DNA of 64,000 nt from Octopus sinensis (Eukaryota): assembly GCF_006345805.1 (NCBI RefSeq), contig NC_043013.1, forward strand, positions 42,656,001 through 42,720,000. The letters are read 5' to 3'. Shown here piece after piece: positions 26,046 through 37,878 of this stretch (positions are counted from its first letter, which is position 1; each line of letters begins with the position of its first letter). Position numbers and translations under genes: made by a program. The notes beneath the pieces are model-generated. The model searched no databases. It was not told the origin of the DNA and saw nothing but the letters and a program-made list of their open reading frames with translations.

Positions 26046-26783
26046 TAAGAATTTGCAGATTGACAGAATTTTTAGAGTGTTGGTCGAAATGCTATATAGT
26101 ATTTGTCCCTCCTCTTTACATTCTCGGGTCAAAACCACTAAGGTTAACTTTTGCTTTTTAACCAGAAGCATAGCAACAGTGAAGGAAGGGATGGGGCCCC
26201 ACCCAAAGCAATGCTTTTATTGGGTTAAGCACTTTTAGGTCTACTGTGTAAGCCTGTGTATGCAGGTGTCTGTCAGAAGTGGGGGAGCAGCAAATTCAAG
26301 GGCTGCCTCAGGCAGCACAAATTTAAGCTACACCACTGCCTTTATCTTTCATGGGGTCATTAGACTGTGGCCATGATGGGGCACTGGCTTGAAGGGTTTT
26401 AGTCAAACAAATCAACCCCAGTACTAATTTTGCTGGTCTCTTTTGCTGAACTGCTAAGTTACACAGATGTAAACAAACCATCACTTGCCAAGTGGTGGGG
26501 AGGGATAGACACATACACACACACACATGTGTATGTGTATATAGATAGGGAGAAAGAGAGACAGACAGACAGAGATGCAGTGCATTCCAGAAGTTTTTAG
26601 ATTTTTCTTTTTTTTTAGGAGAGGTAGTTATAACTGTCCTAGCTAATGTAATTTTAGTAAACCATTTCAATATAGCTAAGCTGACCTGCCAACTTTTGTT
26701 ATTCCGGACTGAGGAAGTGGGTATAACAACACTTTGAACACACCCTACAAAATACTACTTGTCACAGCTAACTAGTTTGCAAA

Positions 26784-27381
26784 ATGCAATTGGGACATGA
26801 AAATAATTTGGAAGCTTGCTATGCAATAAAGTTTTATGTTGAACATGGCAGAAATGCAACAGAAATTTATGAAATACCCCAGACTGCTCATGGATTAACT
26901 TGTATGAGCCGAGTATCTATTTTTCACTGGCACAAGAGGCCAGGAAAAACATGTCCATTTAGGAAGCACATCGTGATCCCATTTTTAACAGAAAAGGTAT
27001 CATCTACATCCACTGGATTCCTCCTTGGCAGTTGGTCCACAAAGACTACTTTGTGGAGGTTTTGGGGGAGTTTTGGAAGAGATTTCATCACAAAATGTCA
27101 GAGCACCTGCACCAATTGATCATGATAACCAAGTATTTGACAGAGATAGACATCAAAACTGTACTTCACCCTCCCTACAGTCCAGACCGACCTTGCTCCC
27201 TGTGGCTTTTTGTTGTTCCCCAAAATGAAGGAAGTTGTGACGAAGAGTCCCCAGAAGTGGCTGGAGTGTTACAAGTTCACTGATGTCAGAGGATGCTACT
27301 TCAAAGGAGATTAGAGTTTTGTGCTTTGAAATTAAATGTTTGTCTTGAAAAAGTTTCAAAATTTCTGGAACACACCTTGTG
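26784..27381 (+). mobile_element. Decayed, internally deleted mariner transposase relic
   Basis: N-terminal HTH-like YAIKFYVEHGRNATEIYE..SRVSIFHWHKR and C-terminal IKTVLHPPYSPD..LWLF (HPPYSPDL motif), in broken frames. Confidence 0.88.
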
Positions 27382-27627
27382 TGTGTAAAGATAAGATCCA
27401 AGGATCAAGGTGTTGGAAGTTAGTAAGCTTTGAGCAGTCCATAGAAGATCAAATCTCCTGCAAGTTAACATGGGATCCCTTGACAATACATGTAAACTTC
27501 ATTTGATTAAGGTATTTTGGCCCAGTGAGTAGATAGCGGATTACCCATCGTTTGGATAACTATTTCTGAGGCTCTGCTTGCTATGAAACCTATGTAGCCT
27601 GGATTTTATCAACTCCATTCCCTAGAT

Positions 27628-27629
27628 TT

Positions 27630-27707
<78 letters not shown>

Positions 27708-27710
27708 TAT
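27628..27710. repeat. (TA)n/(CA)n microsatellite (one of many, e.g. 19240-19430, 48863-48892, 62365-62400)
   Basis: Seen directly. Confidence 0.95.
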
Positions 27711-30700
27711 GAATGGCCTACACACGGTTTCTGTCTAACAAATCCACCAACAAGGATTTGGTAGGCGCAGGGCTTTTATGGAAGACATTTTCTCAAGGTG
27801 AGACTGAACTCGAAACCATGTGGTTGAGAAACAAACTTCTCGCCACAAATCCACGCCTGTGCTGAATGAAAATGATAATGTAACTTTTAAAAAAATGATC
27901 ACCAAGTCGAAGCCGCTCTCAGGTGGCTAAATCGATGCAATGAATGGAATTTTAAACCGGAAACTAACAGGAAAATGAAACAAGAGAAAAAGAGGAAAAT
28001 ATGTAAAAGATAAAACAGATATAATCATCTTGTTTAATGACGGGAGGGGGGTTATGCATTTTTTGTTTTATTTATTTATTTGCAGAACTTTAAACTCACT
28101 AAATGACTGACATTTAATATTAGGTTATCATTATACAGACACGTATTTGTATGTGACAGTGACATACGTATATTGCCAGAAGTACACACGAATTATACAC
28201 ACACACACATTATATATATATATATAAGGATACATAGATAGATAATGTATACATGCCATTACACATATACATTATTATGTATATGTAAATACAAACTTTG
28301 TGGATGAAGTTTTGTGTAAATTTTCTTTTTTTAGAACTTTAAACTCACTAAATGACTTATAAATGAAATAAAATAAACGAAGCACTGATATGATATAAAG
28401 ACACAATAATAAGAAGCATGACGTGTGTGTAGTGACAGAAGTAACATCATCTATAAATTTACATGAGTCATGATGTACACGTATTACATACACCAGTATA
28501 CGGACAGAAAACATTACTATCGCAACAGTTTATCCTCGTCTTCCATCCAAAACCAAGTTAGTCATTCCTTCATTCTTCATCATCCAAGCCGAGACGCGAG
28601 AAAATGTCTGAGGATGGGTGATACTGACGAAAAGGGGGCGACTGTTGATAGGGTGTCATCTAAGCAGGATCCTTCACAACTAGTCTCTGAGAGGGAGGTG
28701 AAGTACATTAACCTTTGCCTGTCCAAAGGATTTCGCATAAGTTTGTCTCAAACGTCAATGCTTGTTATCCAGATTTTTAGTTAGCCCCTTTCTCCTACGA
28801 GAAACACTATGAATAATATAGAGGTGTCCTTTCATAGGTTCCAAATTACTCTGGTGGTTGAGAAAATTAAGAATGTGTACCATATATCAGGGGAAAATGC
28901 CCAATGTATCACATGTGATACACAGAATAGGTAAAGAGTTAATAGGCGACGTGTAGAGGGTTTTTATTTCCCGCTAGGATATCAAGTGTTTAATACTTAA
29001 GATTCAGTTTTCTCTCTCGACAGTGAACTGACATGAGTGATCCTTGACTTTGGGACATCACTTTCACTTTCCAAAATTCAAAGATTGACTATTTGAATGT
29101 AACATTAAAGTAAATGGAACGCATTAATTATGATATATCTTCTGCCACCTTTGACAAATGAGGTATAGGCTACCCTCTTACTGAACTTTCCGCGGGAACT
29201 CCCACATGATCGATAAGGTAAGTGTTTGATAATGATAGTACTAGAGTGAGGGACTGATTATATGGGGTGCTTAAACCAGAATTACGCCAAATACTTTTCC
29301 CAAACGGATGGTTACGGTTGGAATAGCATTCATCATATGAAATATAAACCACAACTTCCCAACCACTGGGGGAAACAATCTAACACGATTTAGAATACTA
29401 CAAAGATAGTGACTGGATTGATGAACGAAACGGGAGAAAGAGATAAGAAATCCAAATGCAAGTAATATGTACTTTGTCGGTGACCTGGTTTCGATTTCAA
29501 TTGCAACCTTTCACTTGACACACCGCTAGTACTTGTAAAATAAGAGAAAAAAAAACCTGTGTTACGCATTTGCACTTACAATCTGAGAAGTATTACCTAC
29601 GTGGTAGTATTAACGTAATGTTAGAAGGGATTAAGGGTGGCGTGTGCCTTAAGCAATCAGTAAATCGAACTGGCCGGTGAGATCTTGGACTCAATCTGGT
29701 ACAGTGTGCGAAAGAATTTTAAAAAATAGAGAGAAGAATTCTTTAGGAGACACCTCCTTCAATCCCGACGGGAACAGCAACAAAGAACGACACCATGTTA
29801 GAGCGTAAACAAACGGTAGCACTGGATAAAACATGAGAATTGTGTCATGGGTAGCATTGCCACTTGTAGTAGTGGTAGTAGTTGGTCTCTTGTATAGGTA
29901 TGACGTTTCAAAATTGAAGATAGGAGGGGGTGTTCAATTATTTTTTTTCTTTATCTTATCAGAGTGATAATTAACTAATTAATTAATTAATGAGGTTAAG
30001 CCACACTCAATCTGAAATCGAAACTAGACAGCAAACCCAACTAACAAAGCTAAATGCAATAAGTACCTTAATAAATGAGATATATATTTTTTTTTCACAT
30101 TGGCACAAGGCCAGAAATTTGTACAGAAATGGGGGGGGGAGAGTTTAAAATAAGTGAAACAAAACAATTCCAGTTATATGTTATATACAAGATTTATTGA
30201 CCCCGGCATGAGTGATGAAAGACAAACAACGACACCGAACAGAAACTGAAGACAAAACACAAAGGGATGAGAGTAATTATCCACAGAACATAGTTGACAA
30301 ATTATGATTGTTTTCATTCCAGGGAGGCTTTTGCGACGTTAAGAGAAAACGTAACTGGAAAACGAAAACCAGTTCGACCGAGTATAATCTCAAAAGAACA
30401 GACTATATTTATTATTAATGACATGTATTTCATTCACTTTGCAGTGTTCTGAACTTGGAATCAGGAGGTCAGGATCACTTGCAACAAGTATTGATTACTT
30501 GCTGAAGTAGGAAGTGATATCTGGTGGTATAACTTGATTATCACTGTTCTAACATATCTCTTATCTTTTTACTTGTTTCAGTCACTAGACTGCGGCCATG
30601 CTGGGGCACCACAACATTCTAGTTTCTTTATCTTTTCTTTTTTTTTTTTTACTAACTACGGAGCGAGAAACAACAGTCTAATAAAATTCTACTCATATCT

Positions 30701-31564
30701 AGGATTCATTTTTGAAACAGAATTCGATCTTAAGACATTTAGTGGCTATCATTTATATATTGCATGAAATAAACTAGAAACATTAAAAGTAAATCGGAGA
30801 ACAATCCAGTTTAAAAGAGTATACTTCACAAAAGTAAACAATAAGACGATAGAATGGCACTTGATTTTATCGATCTCTGGATGACGCACGTCACAGTTGA
30901 CCTCGAAGGGACCTGAATTAGTATGTAAAGCGACTGTTGGGATTTGAACTCAGAATATCACAAATATATAACAGCAATTTCTTACATCTATAGGAAGGGG
31001 GGGGGATATAATCGATTAATTTAAGAATCGAATATACGACTGGTATTTATTTTTTGGAACACGGAAAGATAGAAAACAAGGTCGATTCCAACGAGACTTT
31101 TGACTCCATTTACAACATACAGAAAATAAGAGAGGGATATCCTACTTGTCTCAAAGCCCACAAGGTTGATAAGCCCGAAATTATTAAATTAAATGGTCAG
31201 TTGGGCATCCAGGTGTGTATATGTGCATAACTGAAAAATATTCATTGTATGTGACTCATGTTTAATGTTTATCTCTCACATACACACACATATACATACA
31301 TACATATCTATATATCCATGCGTATTTATCAATCAGGTATCGCTATATATGAAGTTCAACACAGCACTTCACTGTTATTTCAATTTATCCTAGAATGATG
31401 AAACAAACAATAATAATTTCTAAGTAGAAGGAAACCGCTTTTTTTCCCTTTTTTTTTTTTTCAGAGGGATGAAACAGAAGACCAGAGAATACAGAATGAA
31501 TGTAAAAATGAATAATAATTAAGGCAACTGGTGCTGCCGTTTTTTTTGTTTTTTTTCTACTTAC

Positions 31565-31633
31565 GACATGTTCGCGAATGGCATTGTGAAAAACTTGCTC
31601 TCTGATATCCAATTCATTGTCGTCTCCAATCAT
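31565..31633 (-). CDS. LMBR1: First coding exon of an LMBR1/LMBR1L (lilipod-type) membrane protein: MIGDDNELDIREQVFHNAIREHV
   Basis: ATG at 31633 followed by a perfect phase-0 donor GTC|GTAAGT. The peptide resembles recalled N-termini of vertebrate LMBR1 (EVSAREQHFHSQVRE) and fly lilipod (QLFHNTVREH), and vertebrate LMBR1 is recalled to have an intron at the same point. Only 23 aa; no later exons found. Confidence 0.78.
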
Positions 31634-31731
31634 TTTGGAAGGACGACATTGGTATACCCCTCCAACTGCATGGTTACATCGATTTGTAGAGTTGTTATTA
31701 TTACCAAGTAACTGTTCCTCTTCAAAAACAT
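31630..31731 (-). promoter_or_regulatory. Upstream ORF (33 aa) whose TGA overlaps the LMBR1 ATG; a second out-of-frame uORF (31649..31614) overlaps the CDS start
   Basis: Read directly from the - strand: ATG TTT TTG...CCA AAA TGA (AUGA overlap), and ATG TCG TCC...CAA TGA. Presence in the mature mRNA is unproven. Confidence 0.5.
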
Positions 31732-32769
31732 GAACCACCACCACCACCAATAAGACTTGGCACTTAACAACTGCCCGGTCTCCTTGTTGCTGCTACTATT
31801 GTCGCTTGTAAATGTTCTTCTGTTGCTGGTGAAATGTTTTTAACACGTCCGTTAAAACCCCCCCACTTGTTTCAAGCCAGCGAGGGAGCCGCTTACATGG
31901 TCGCACAAACCTCCTTCCAGTGGCACACTGCTTGTTCGTTCAGGTCAACTGACCTGCCTGGGTCTCAATACCAACAATCCCCGTTTATCTTTGTGTGTAT
32001 GTGTGTGTGTGTGTGTGTATAAGACTATTGATACAATAAAAGAAAGACAGGCAAACAGATGAGGGACAGGCAGATAGGAGCCTATAATAAAAGAGATAAG
32101 AGACGGGTTGGGGTCTATTACTAGTTCTTGTTTTGTATTGCTATTCGTTGAGGAAGCAACGACCAGGACAACCGACAACTTAAACATACATACCAACGGT
32201 TATCCTCATACAACGCTTCACTCACATGCACAATATATATTTCTTAGTTACGTGTATGTAAGTCGTTAAATACGTGTTCATGTGTCCCTGTCTAAAAGCC
32301 GTAACTTTTACTTCCACTTTACAAACTGTCCATTTTCGAAGTCTATATAATTTCTGTATTTACACCTATAAACATGCAAATATACACACAAACAATAGGA
32401 ATGTTGTTCTGCGTATACACGCGCGTGTACGTGTAATATTTCGTCGTTTATATATATATAATGTCGTGCGTATAATTTCGATAGAAGGGGAGAGTGATAT
32501 TGATAATTAATAATAATGTGTTCCCCCCTTTTCAAGCGTGCATCATGTCGTGAGCTTGTAAACAAGTAAATCCGTTGTATAAAAAACTCCGGGGGGTTTT
32601 AAGTATCCCACTGCCCCTGACTCCGTCGCGAGTTTAGGTGCTTGTAGTGGTGGTCGTGGTGGTATTGGTGCGGCGGTTGTGTTGGAGACATTAGTTTGTT
32701 AAGGGACACCAGCACGGTCCGATCATCCTCCTCCGCTTCGCCCTGTTGTTTCAAAGCAAGGCAGCGGCG

Positions 32770-33560
32770 CTCTTGCTCTGCTGTGAGAAATGAAGAGGAG
32801 GTAAGGGTGGGAGTTATAGGAAGTGGAAACGGAGAGAGAGAGGAAGACAAATTGAGACGAAGGAAGAGAAAAGAGAGAGAGGAAGACAAATTAAGACGAA
32901 GGAAGAGAAAAGAGAGAGAGAGAGGAAGACAAATTGAGACGAAGGAAGAGAAGAGAGAGAGAGAGAAAGATAAGACAGAGGGGGAAAGCATGAGAAGGGG
33001 AGGAGACAGAGGATACAGATAAAACAGAGAGAAAAAAAGAGAAAAGGTGGAGGAATATATAGAGGGAAAGGTAGAGAATGAAAGAACGAGTAGTGGCAAG
33101 GATAGAGAAGAAGAGGGGAAGGGAGAAAGAAAGAGGGTTAGAGTAGGAGAGAGAGAAAGAGTGAGTTTTATGTTGATCGGTCTTGTACGTGCGACGGTGA
33201 GAAAGATTAAGGGACGACAGTGTGAAGTTGCAGAAATGAATTGAATGCTTGCAAATACGTTCATACGCAAAACGTCGTTTACATCGACATCGTCATTACA
33301 ATCAGTAACAGGGTAAAGAACAGAGTGATGACGTGGGGGAATAAAACAACTTGAGAATGGTGGGCAGGGGGGAGGAAAATGCGTCTTACTTCCACCCTTC
33401 CCGCCCAAGTTAACAAAAGTAGAAGGAATAGAGAGAAAAAAAAGGATAAAGAAAGGGACAGGGAAAAGAAAACGAGAGGGAATGAAAGAGAAAGGAAATG
33501 TTACGAGAGGGGAGAGAATAAAGATTATTAGGAGGAAAGGAAACTGGAAAGGTTTAGGAA
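32770..33560. repeat. Polypurine (+) / polypyrimidine (-) tract with three tandem copies of an approximately 39-bp unit (about 32832-32952)
   Basis: GA-rich low complexity; unit GAGAGAGAGGAAGACAAATTRAGACGAAGGAAGAGAAAA. Confidence 0.85.
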
Positions 33561-34000
33561 GACGCAAATACAGCGAATAAATAAATAAATATACGTTGGA
33601 AAAAAGGGGTTAAAATAAATCCCTTTCATAAAGGGTTTGTTTTAATCATGTGAGATAATCACGTGATAACTCTAATGAATCCCAACTTACACATCCCCCC
33701 ACCACTGTCTACCCCGTAACAAGGGGGGGGGGAAACGGTGTCTTTCTAATTTCTGTTCCTTCCGTTATGTTCTTTCCCACCGTCTGTCGAGTTTGGTTTC
33801 CTCCGCGATACGTCTTATCTTCTAACGCTCTCAATTTCTTAACTCTTCCCAGTTTCTCTAATATTTTCGATTTCCAACTAAATAACTGTCGGTACCTCAG
33901 TACCCTTTTCTCTGTCGGCCCTTTTACGATCACTTTTTGTCTTTCTCCATTAATTAGTATTCAAAATAACATTTAATTTCCAAATACTATTGTGAGTATA
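33400..34000. promoter_or_regulatory. Probable bidirectional promoter between LMBR1 (-) and MTRR (+), with TCATGTGA (33646-33653) and ATCACGTGAT (33658-33667) E-boxes
   Basis: Core of the CpG-rich, SINE-poor block between divergent genes. Candidate + strand non-coding first-exon donors at 33992 (GTGAGT) and 34853 (GTAAGG); NRF1-like GCATGCGCAG at 35688. TSSs are inferred. Confidence 0.55.
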
Positions 34001-34972
34001 AAAAGTTGTTATCCCTTTAGAAAATGGCTTGATTTATTTCCCATACACCTTACGTTTTACAAATTAACTTTCATTGTTTTACCCCTTTTTCGCATTTTTT
34101 TGCATTGGTATTTTTATTTACTTATAAATTTATTTTTCATTTTTATTTTGCTTGATATCCTCACTGCTTGGATTAATGGAAATAGTAAATAAATATTTTC
34201 TATTTCTGAATCTCAATGAACGACACATGATGACCCAAGTTTTTAACACTTAGCATGATTTAGTTTTTGACACTGAATCTTATGATTGATTAAGAACAAT
34301 TGTTTTCTTTTTCTTTTTTTTTTTTTTTTAGGAAATTGGAGCCCTTTTTTAAAAAACAAAATTCGTGATTTTCTTTTTCCATTTCTCGATTTCTAAATGT
34401 TTGACAAGAGAAAAGAACCGTTCGGAGTTAAACTTGGCACCCATCACTTTAGATATGATGTAAACAAGAAAATAGATTTGATGTAAAATATAAAATATAT
34501 AAGTATATATCAGTTAATATCTTGCTCGGGTCGCATTTGGTTTCTATTATTTCGAAGTCGATCAAGTAAGCACTAGACTGTGGTGGAGACGAAAAAATCG
34601 ACTCAGCAAACCCCTGAGGGTGGTACCCCGACATAGTCACAGTTCAATGACAGCAACCATTAAATGAAACATTTATAAATAATCGTAAAATGCAGTGACA
34701 TGTCTTTAAATAATAAGATTGGGAGAAAGCTATAACTGTTGTTGGATTTTGAATAGCATTCCAATGGGGGTAATTTGATAATATAAATATTTTACATATT
34801 TTTGTTTGGCGTCAATTTTTCTGATGTTTTTGTTCCATGTTTATCGTGTAAGGTAAGGTCGCACCTCCTTCTGTGCTAACTTGATGTTAAACTATTTGTT
34901 GGTCACAAAAGTCATCTACAAATAGTTGACTAAACTGGTTAAAATATACTTTGTACGCTTGTATATCTACTG

Positions 34973-35003
<31 letters not shown>

Positions 35004-36005
35004 TACGGCTTGTTGAAGCATGACGCTAACCAATCCTTCGGTCCTAAATACCGACGTATTTATATATCAAATAAATCAAATATAACCAAGTATTCAGCCG
35101 TGTGACACCTCTGTGTAAGTTATATGTGAACCGAAAACGACTGTGTGAGATACTAGCTAAATGTAGCGATTTATGTATACAAAATATTTAAGGCTTATCA
35201 CATCTATAGTGTCAACGAGGGAGTCTCTGCCAGAGCCTCCTTTAGACATGGACAGTTGCCCGGAGACCCATTTCTAATCTATGTATGTTGTGGCTTACCG
35301 TCAGTAGATAATAAATACTATAGGGTCTAATGTACTGATTTGTCTAGGGGCCTGTATTGATACTAAGGTGGTCCTGGTCTCTGTGTGTTCATCAGTTCTA
35401 CCTGTTAGAAATAGCAACCAAATTTTCCTAATATTATACACTGCCTTAGAAAAAAGAGGACACATTGGATAATGTAGTCTTGAGTGGAATTCTTTTAATC
35501 ATAAATTTGGTCAATCAGGGTTTACTTAGGGCTAAACAAGACAGCACCATGTAGTGCTTCGTATTTGACGAGTGACGAAACCATTTCTGAAGAAATGGTG
35601 CTTATCTACAAGCACTTATTTACAGTGCCTGAGAAATTTGAACTCAGCCCTCTGTGGCACCAACTTCTGTAACTTCAAGTACGACGAGCATGCGCAGCAA
35701 CCTCTAGATTAGTTGTCCTCAACCAGGGTCCATATCAGATTGGGGTGAGGTCAATGCAACAAAATAGTAAATCCACTGTAGTATTTTAAGGACCCCTGAA
35801 AAAAATTTGCTTTAGATATATGTGTTGGTATGTATGTATTGCAAAAAACAGCTAGGTTTCTTTCTCTAACATTTTAAATAGTTCAACCTACATGAGTGAA
35901 TGTATGAAAAACAAAATAGGAATTTTGAAAGTTTCTGCAAAACTAGTTTTTAAACATCAAATGGCAATGGGGACCCACCAGAATAAAATATTAATCAAAT
36001 ATTAT

Positions 36006-36420
36006 AGGCGCAGGAGTGGCTGTGTGGTAAGTAGCTTCCTTACCAACCACATGGTTCTGGGTTCAGTCCCACTGTGTGGCACCTTGGGCAAGTGTCTTCT
36101 ACTATAGCCTCGGGCTGACCAAAGCCTTGTGAGTGGATTTGGAAGACGGAAACTGAAAGAAGCCCGTCGTATATATGTGGGTGTGTGTGTGTATGTATAT
36201 ATATATATATATATATGTATGTGTTTGTCTCCCCAACATCGCTTGACAACTGATGCTGGTGTGTTTACGTCCCTGTAACTTAGCGGTTCGGCAAAAAAGA
36301 CCGATAGAATAAGTACTAGGCTTCCAAAGAATAAGTCCTGGGGTCGATTTGCTCGACTAAAGGTGGTGCTCCAGCATGGCCACAGTCAAATGACTGAAAC
36401 AAGTAAAAGAGTAAAGAGAG
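36006..36420 (+). mobile_element. SINE family 1, near-consensus full copy
   Basis: Complete head, core, microsatellite and tail; nearly identical to 21186-21570 and 58314-58787. Confidence 0.92.
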
Positions 36421-37183
36421 TACGTGATAGTCTATACTGGTGTGCTATGAGGAGAAATAAAGTTCAATGATTCAAGTAATGCTTTCATTACTATCATTTT
36501 TCATTGGATAAATAAATTACTTTATTCTAATCACATTAAAAATGAATGTCTCTTCAATCCAGAAAGCCACTTGAGAATCAGTATTTAACTAAATTTTCAA
36601 ATGACATGAACTGGAGATAAATGTCAGCTTGAACTGGACACCATTCTTTCTCAGTGTAACATTACCTGACAATTTTAGTACTTATTCTCATCAGATTGCT
36701 GATGGAAAGCAAGTGCAAATATGTACATATTCTCAAAAGATCACATATTCTATACTATCCTTTCCATACAAATTTGAGACCTCATGAAATTTGCTTCCAA
36801 CCACATGGTTCTGGATTCACTCCCACTGCATGGCAACTTAGTCAAGTGTCTTGTACTATAGCCTCAGGCTAACCAATGCCTTGTGAGTGGATTTGGAAAC
36901 TGAAAGAAGCCTTCCGTGTGTATGTCTGTGTTTGTCCCCCACTAAGGTTGACTTTCTTTCATCATTGTGCGGTCAATAAAACTGTGAAAGGCACAATATT
37001 GCAGATTCTGCATTTAAGAATGTATTTAGTCTTGCTGAAAAATAACTTGACTAGCTTAAAATTCCCAAGTTAAAACAAGGGAGAAATACTTGCTCAACAA
37101 GTAAAGGATTCATGAAAAAAGTACCAGTACATGCTGCAAAGCGACTGGTATTAGGAATTATTTTCCCATTAGTGATTACAGAA

Positions 37184-37420
37184 AGGCAGCGAGCTGGCAG
37201 AAACGTTAGCATGCCGGGCGAAATGCTTAGCAGTATTTCGTCTGCTGTTACATTCTGAGTTCAAATTTCGCCGAGGTCGGCTTTGCCTTTCATCCTTTCG
37301 GGGTCGATAAATTAAGTACCAGTAACACACTGGGGTCGATGTAATCGACTTAATACCTATGTCTGTCCTTGTTTGTCCCCTCTGTGTTTAGCCCCTTGTG
37401 GGTAGTAAAGAAATAGGTAT
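37184..37420 (+). mobile_element. SINE family 2 (Deu/Nin-domain-like core GCCTTTCATCCTTTCGGGGTCGATAAATTAAGTACCAG)
   Basis: tRNA-like head (B-box GAGTTCAAATT). Copies at about 39930-40140, 40160-40350, 40700-40900, 45497-45728(-), 50288-50500, 53405-53580(-), 53612-53822, plus fragments. Domain naming is from recall. Confidence 0.85.
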
Positions 37421-37677
37421 TAGGAAGGGCATCAAGCCATTGAAACCATGTATGTCAGAACAGACACAAAAGAATGCTACAGTCCTTTGGACCTGTTGGA
37501 TCTTTTCTAGCCCTCAAACCCATGCCAGTAAAAAAAAATAAGAAATAGAGATATCACAAAAACTTAACTGCACCCCATCCATCTTCTTATATTAAGGCTG
37601 CTATGTTGCTTGCAAGACTACAAAATCCCAGGTGGTGTCGGAGGAACAGCTTTATGCTAGGAGACGAGTGGTTAAAG

Positions 37678-37878
37678 CAGTGGTTTTCAACCAGGGTTCC
37701 GCCAGTACAGTCCAGGGGTTCCGCAAGAAGTTACAAAAATGCTAAAATCGACAGTAATTTTTAATTCTCCTGTGCAGATATGTGTGCATAAGACAATTAA
37801 ATTATTGCACAGGGGTTCCTCGAGCCAGTGTAATGTTTCCTTGGGGTTCTGCTCCAGCAAAAAGGTTGAGAAGCATTG
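37678..37878. mobile_element. hAT-type MITE with perfect 8-bp TSD
   Basis: TIRs CAGTGGTTTTCAACC / GGTTGAGAAGCATTG; TSD GGTTAAAG at 37670-37677 and 37879-37886. Related decayed copies near 15130-15290, 35715-35960, 50629-50867 and 51590-51660. Confidence 0.9.

Noticed and set aside
27376-27457. Minus-strand AG/GT-bounded segment reading RFDLLWTAQSLLTSNTLILGSY, faintly like the LMBR1 C-terminal RFDLLGDFG..NFYIVLSY
   Set aside because: Lacks the conserved GDFG/WLG residues, abuts a mariner relic, and a late exon is implausible 4 kb after exon 1; treated as chance.
28614-28930. Plus-strand MGDTDEKGATVDRVSS... start with a possible second exon at 28838-28930
   Set aside because: Weak donors, and every downstream acceptor tried gives an immediate stop; no homolog recognised.
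31565-31633. Calling this gene LMBRD1 (cobalamin exporter) to form a B12 gene pair with MTRR
   Set aside because: The N-terminal motif EQVFHNAIREH fits LMBR1/LMBR1L/lilipod, not LMBRD1.
32599-33567. 322-aa minus-strand ORF, the longest in the window
   Set aside because: Lies on a CT-rich low-complexity strand that cannot easily form stop codons; L/S/F/P-biased, no domain recognised. More likely LMBR1 leader or promoter sequence.
35565-35600. UUGACGA-GUGAC-GAAA followed by a perfect 8-bp hairpin, superficially hammerhead-like
   Set aside because: The cleavage position is G rather than H, stem II is only 1 bp, and no stem I can form.
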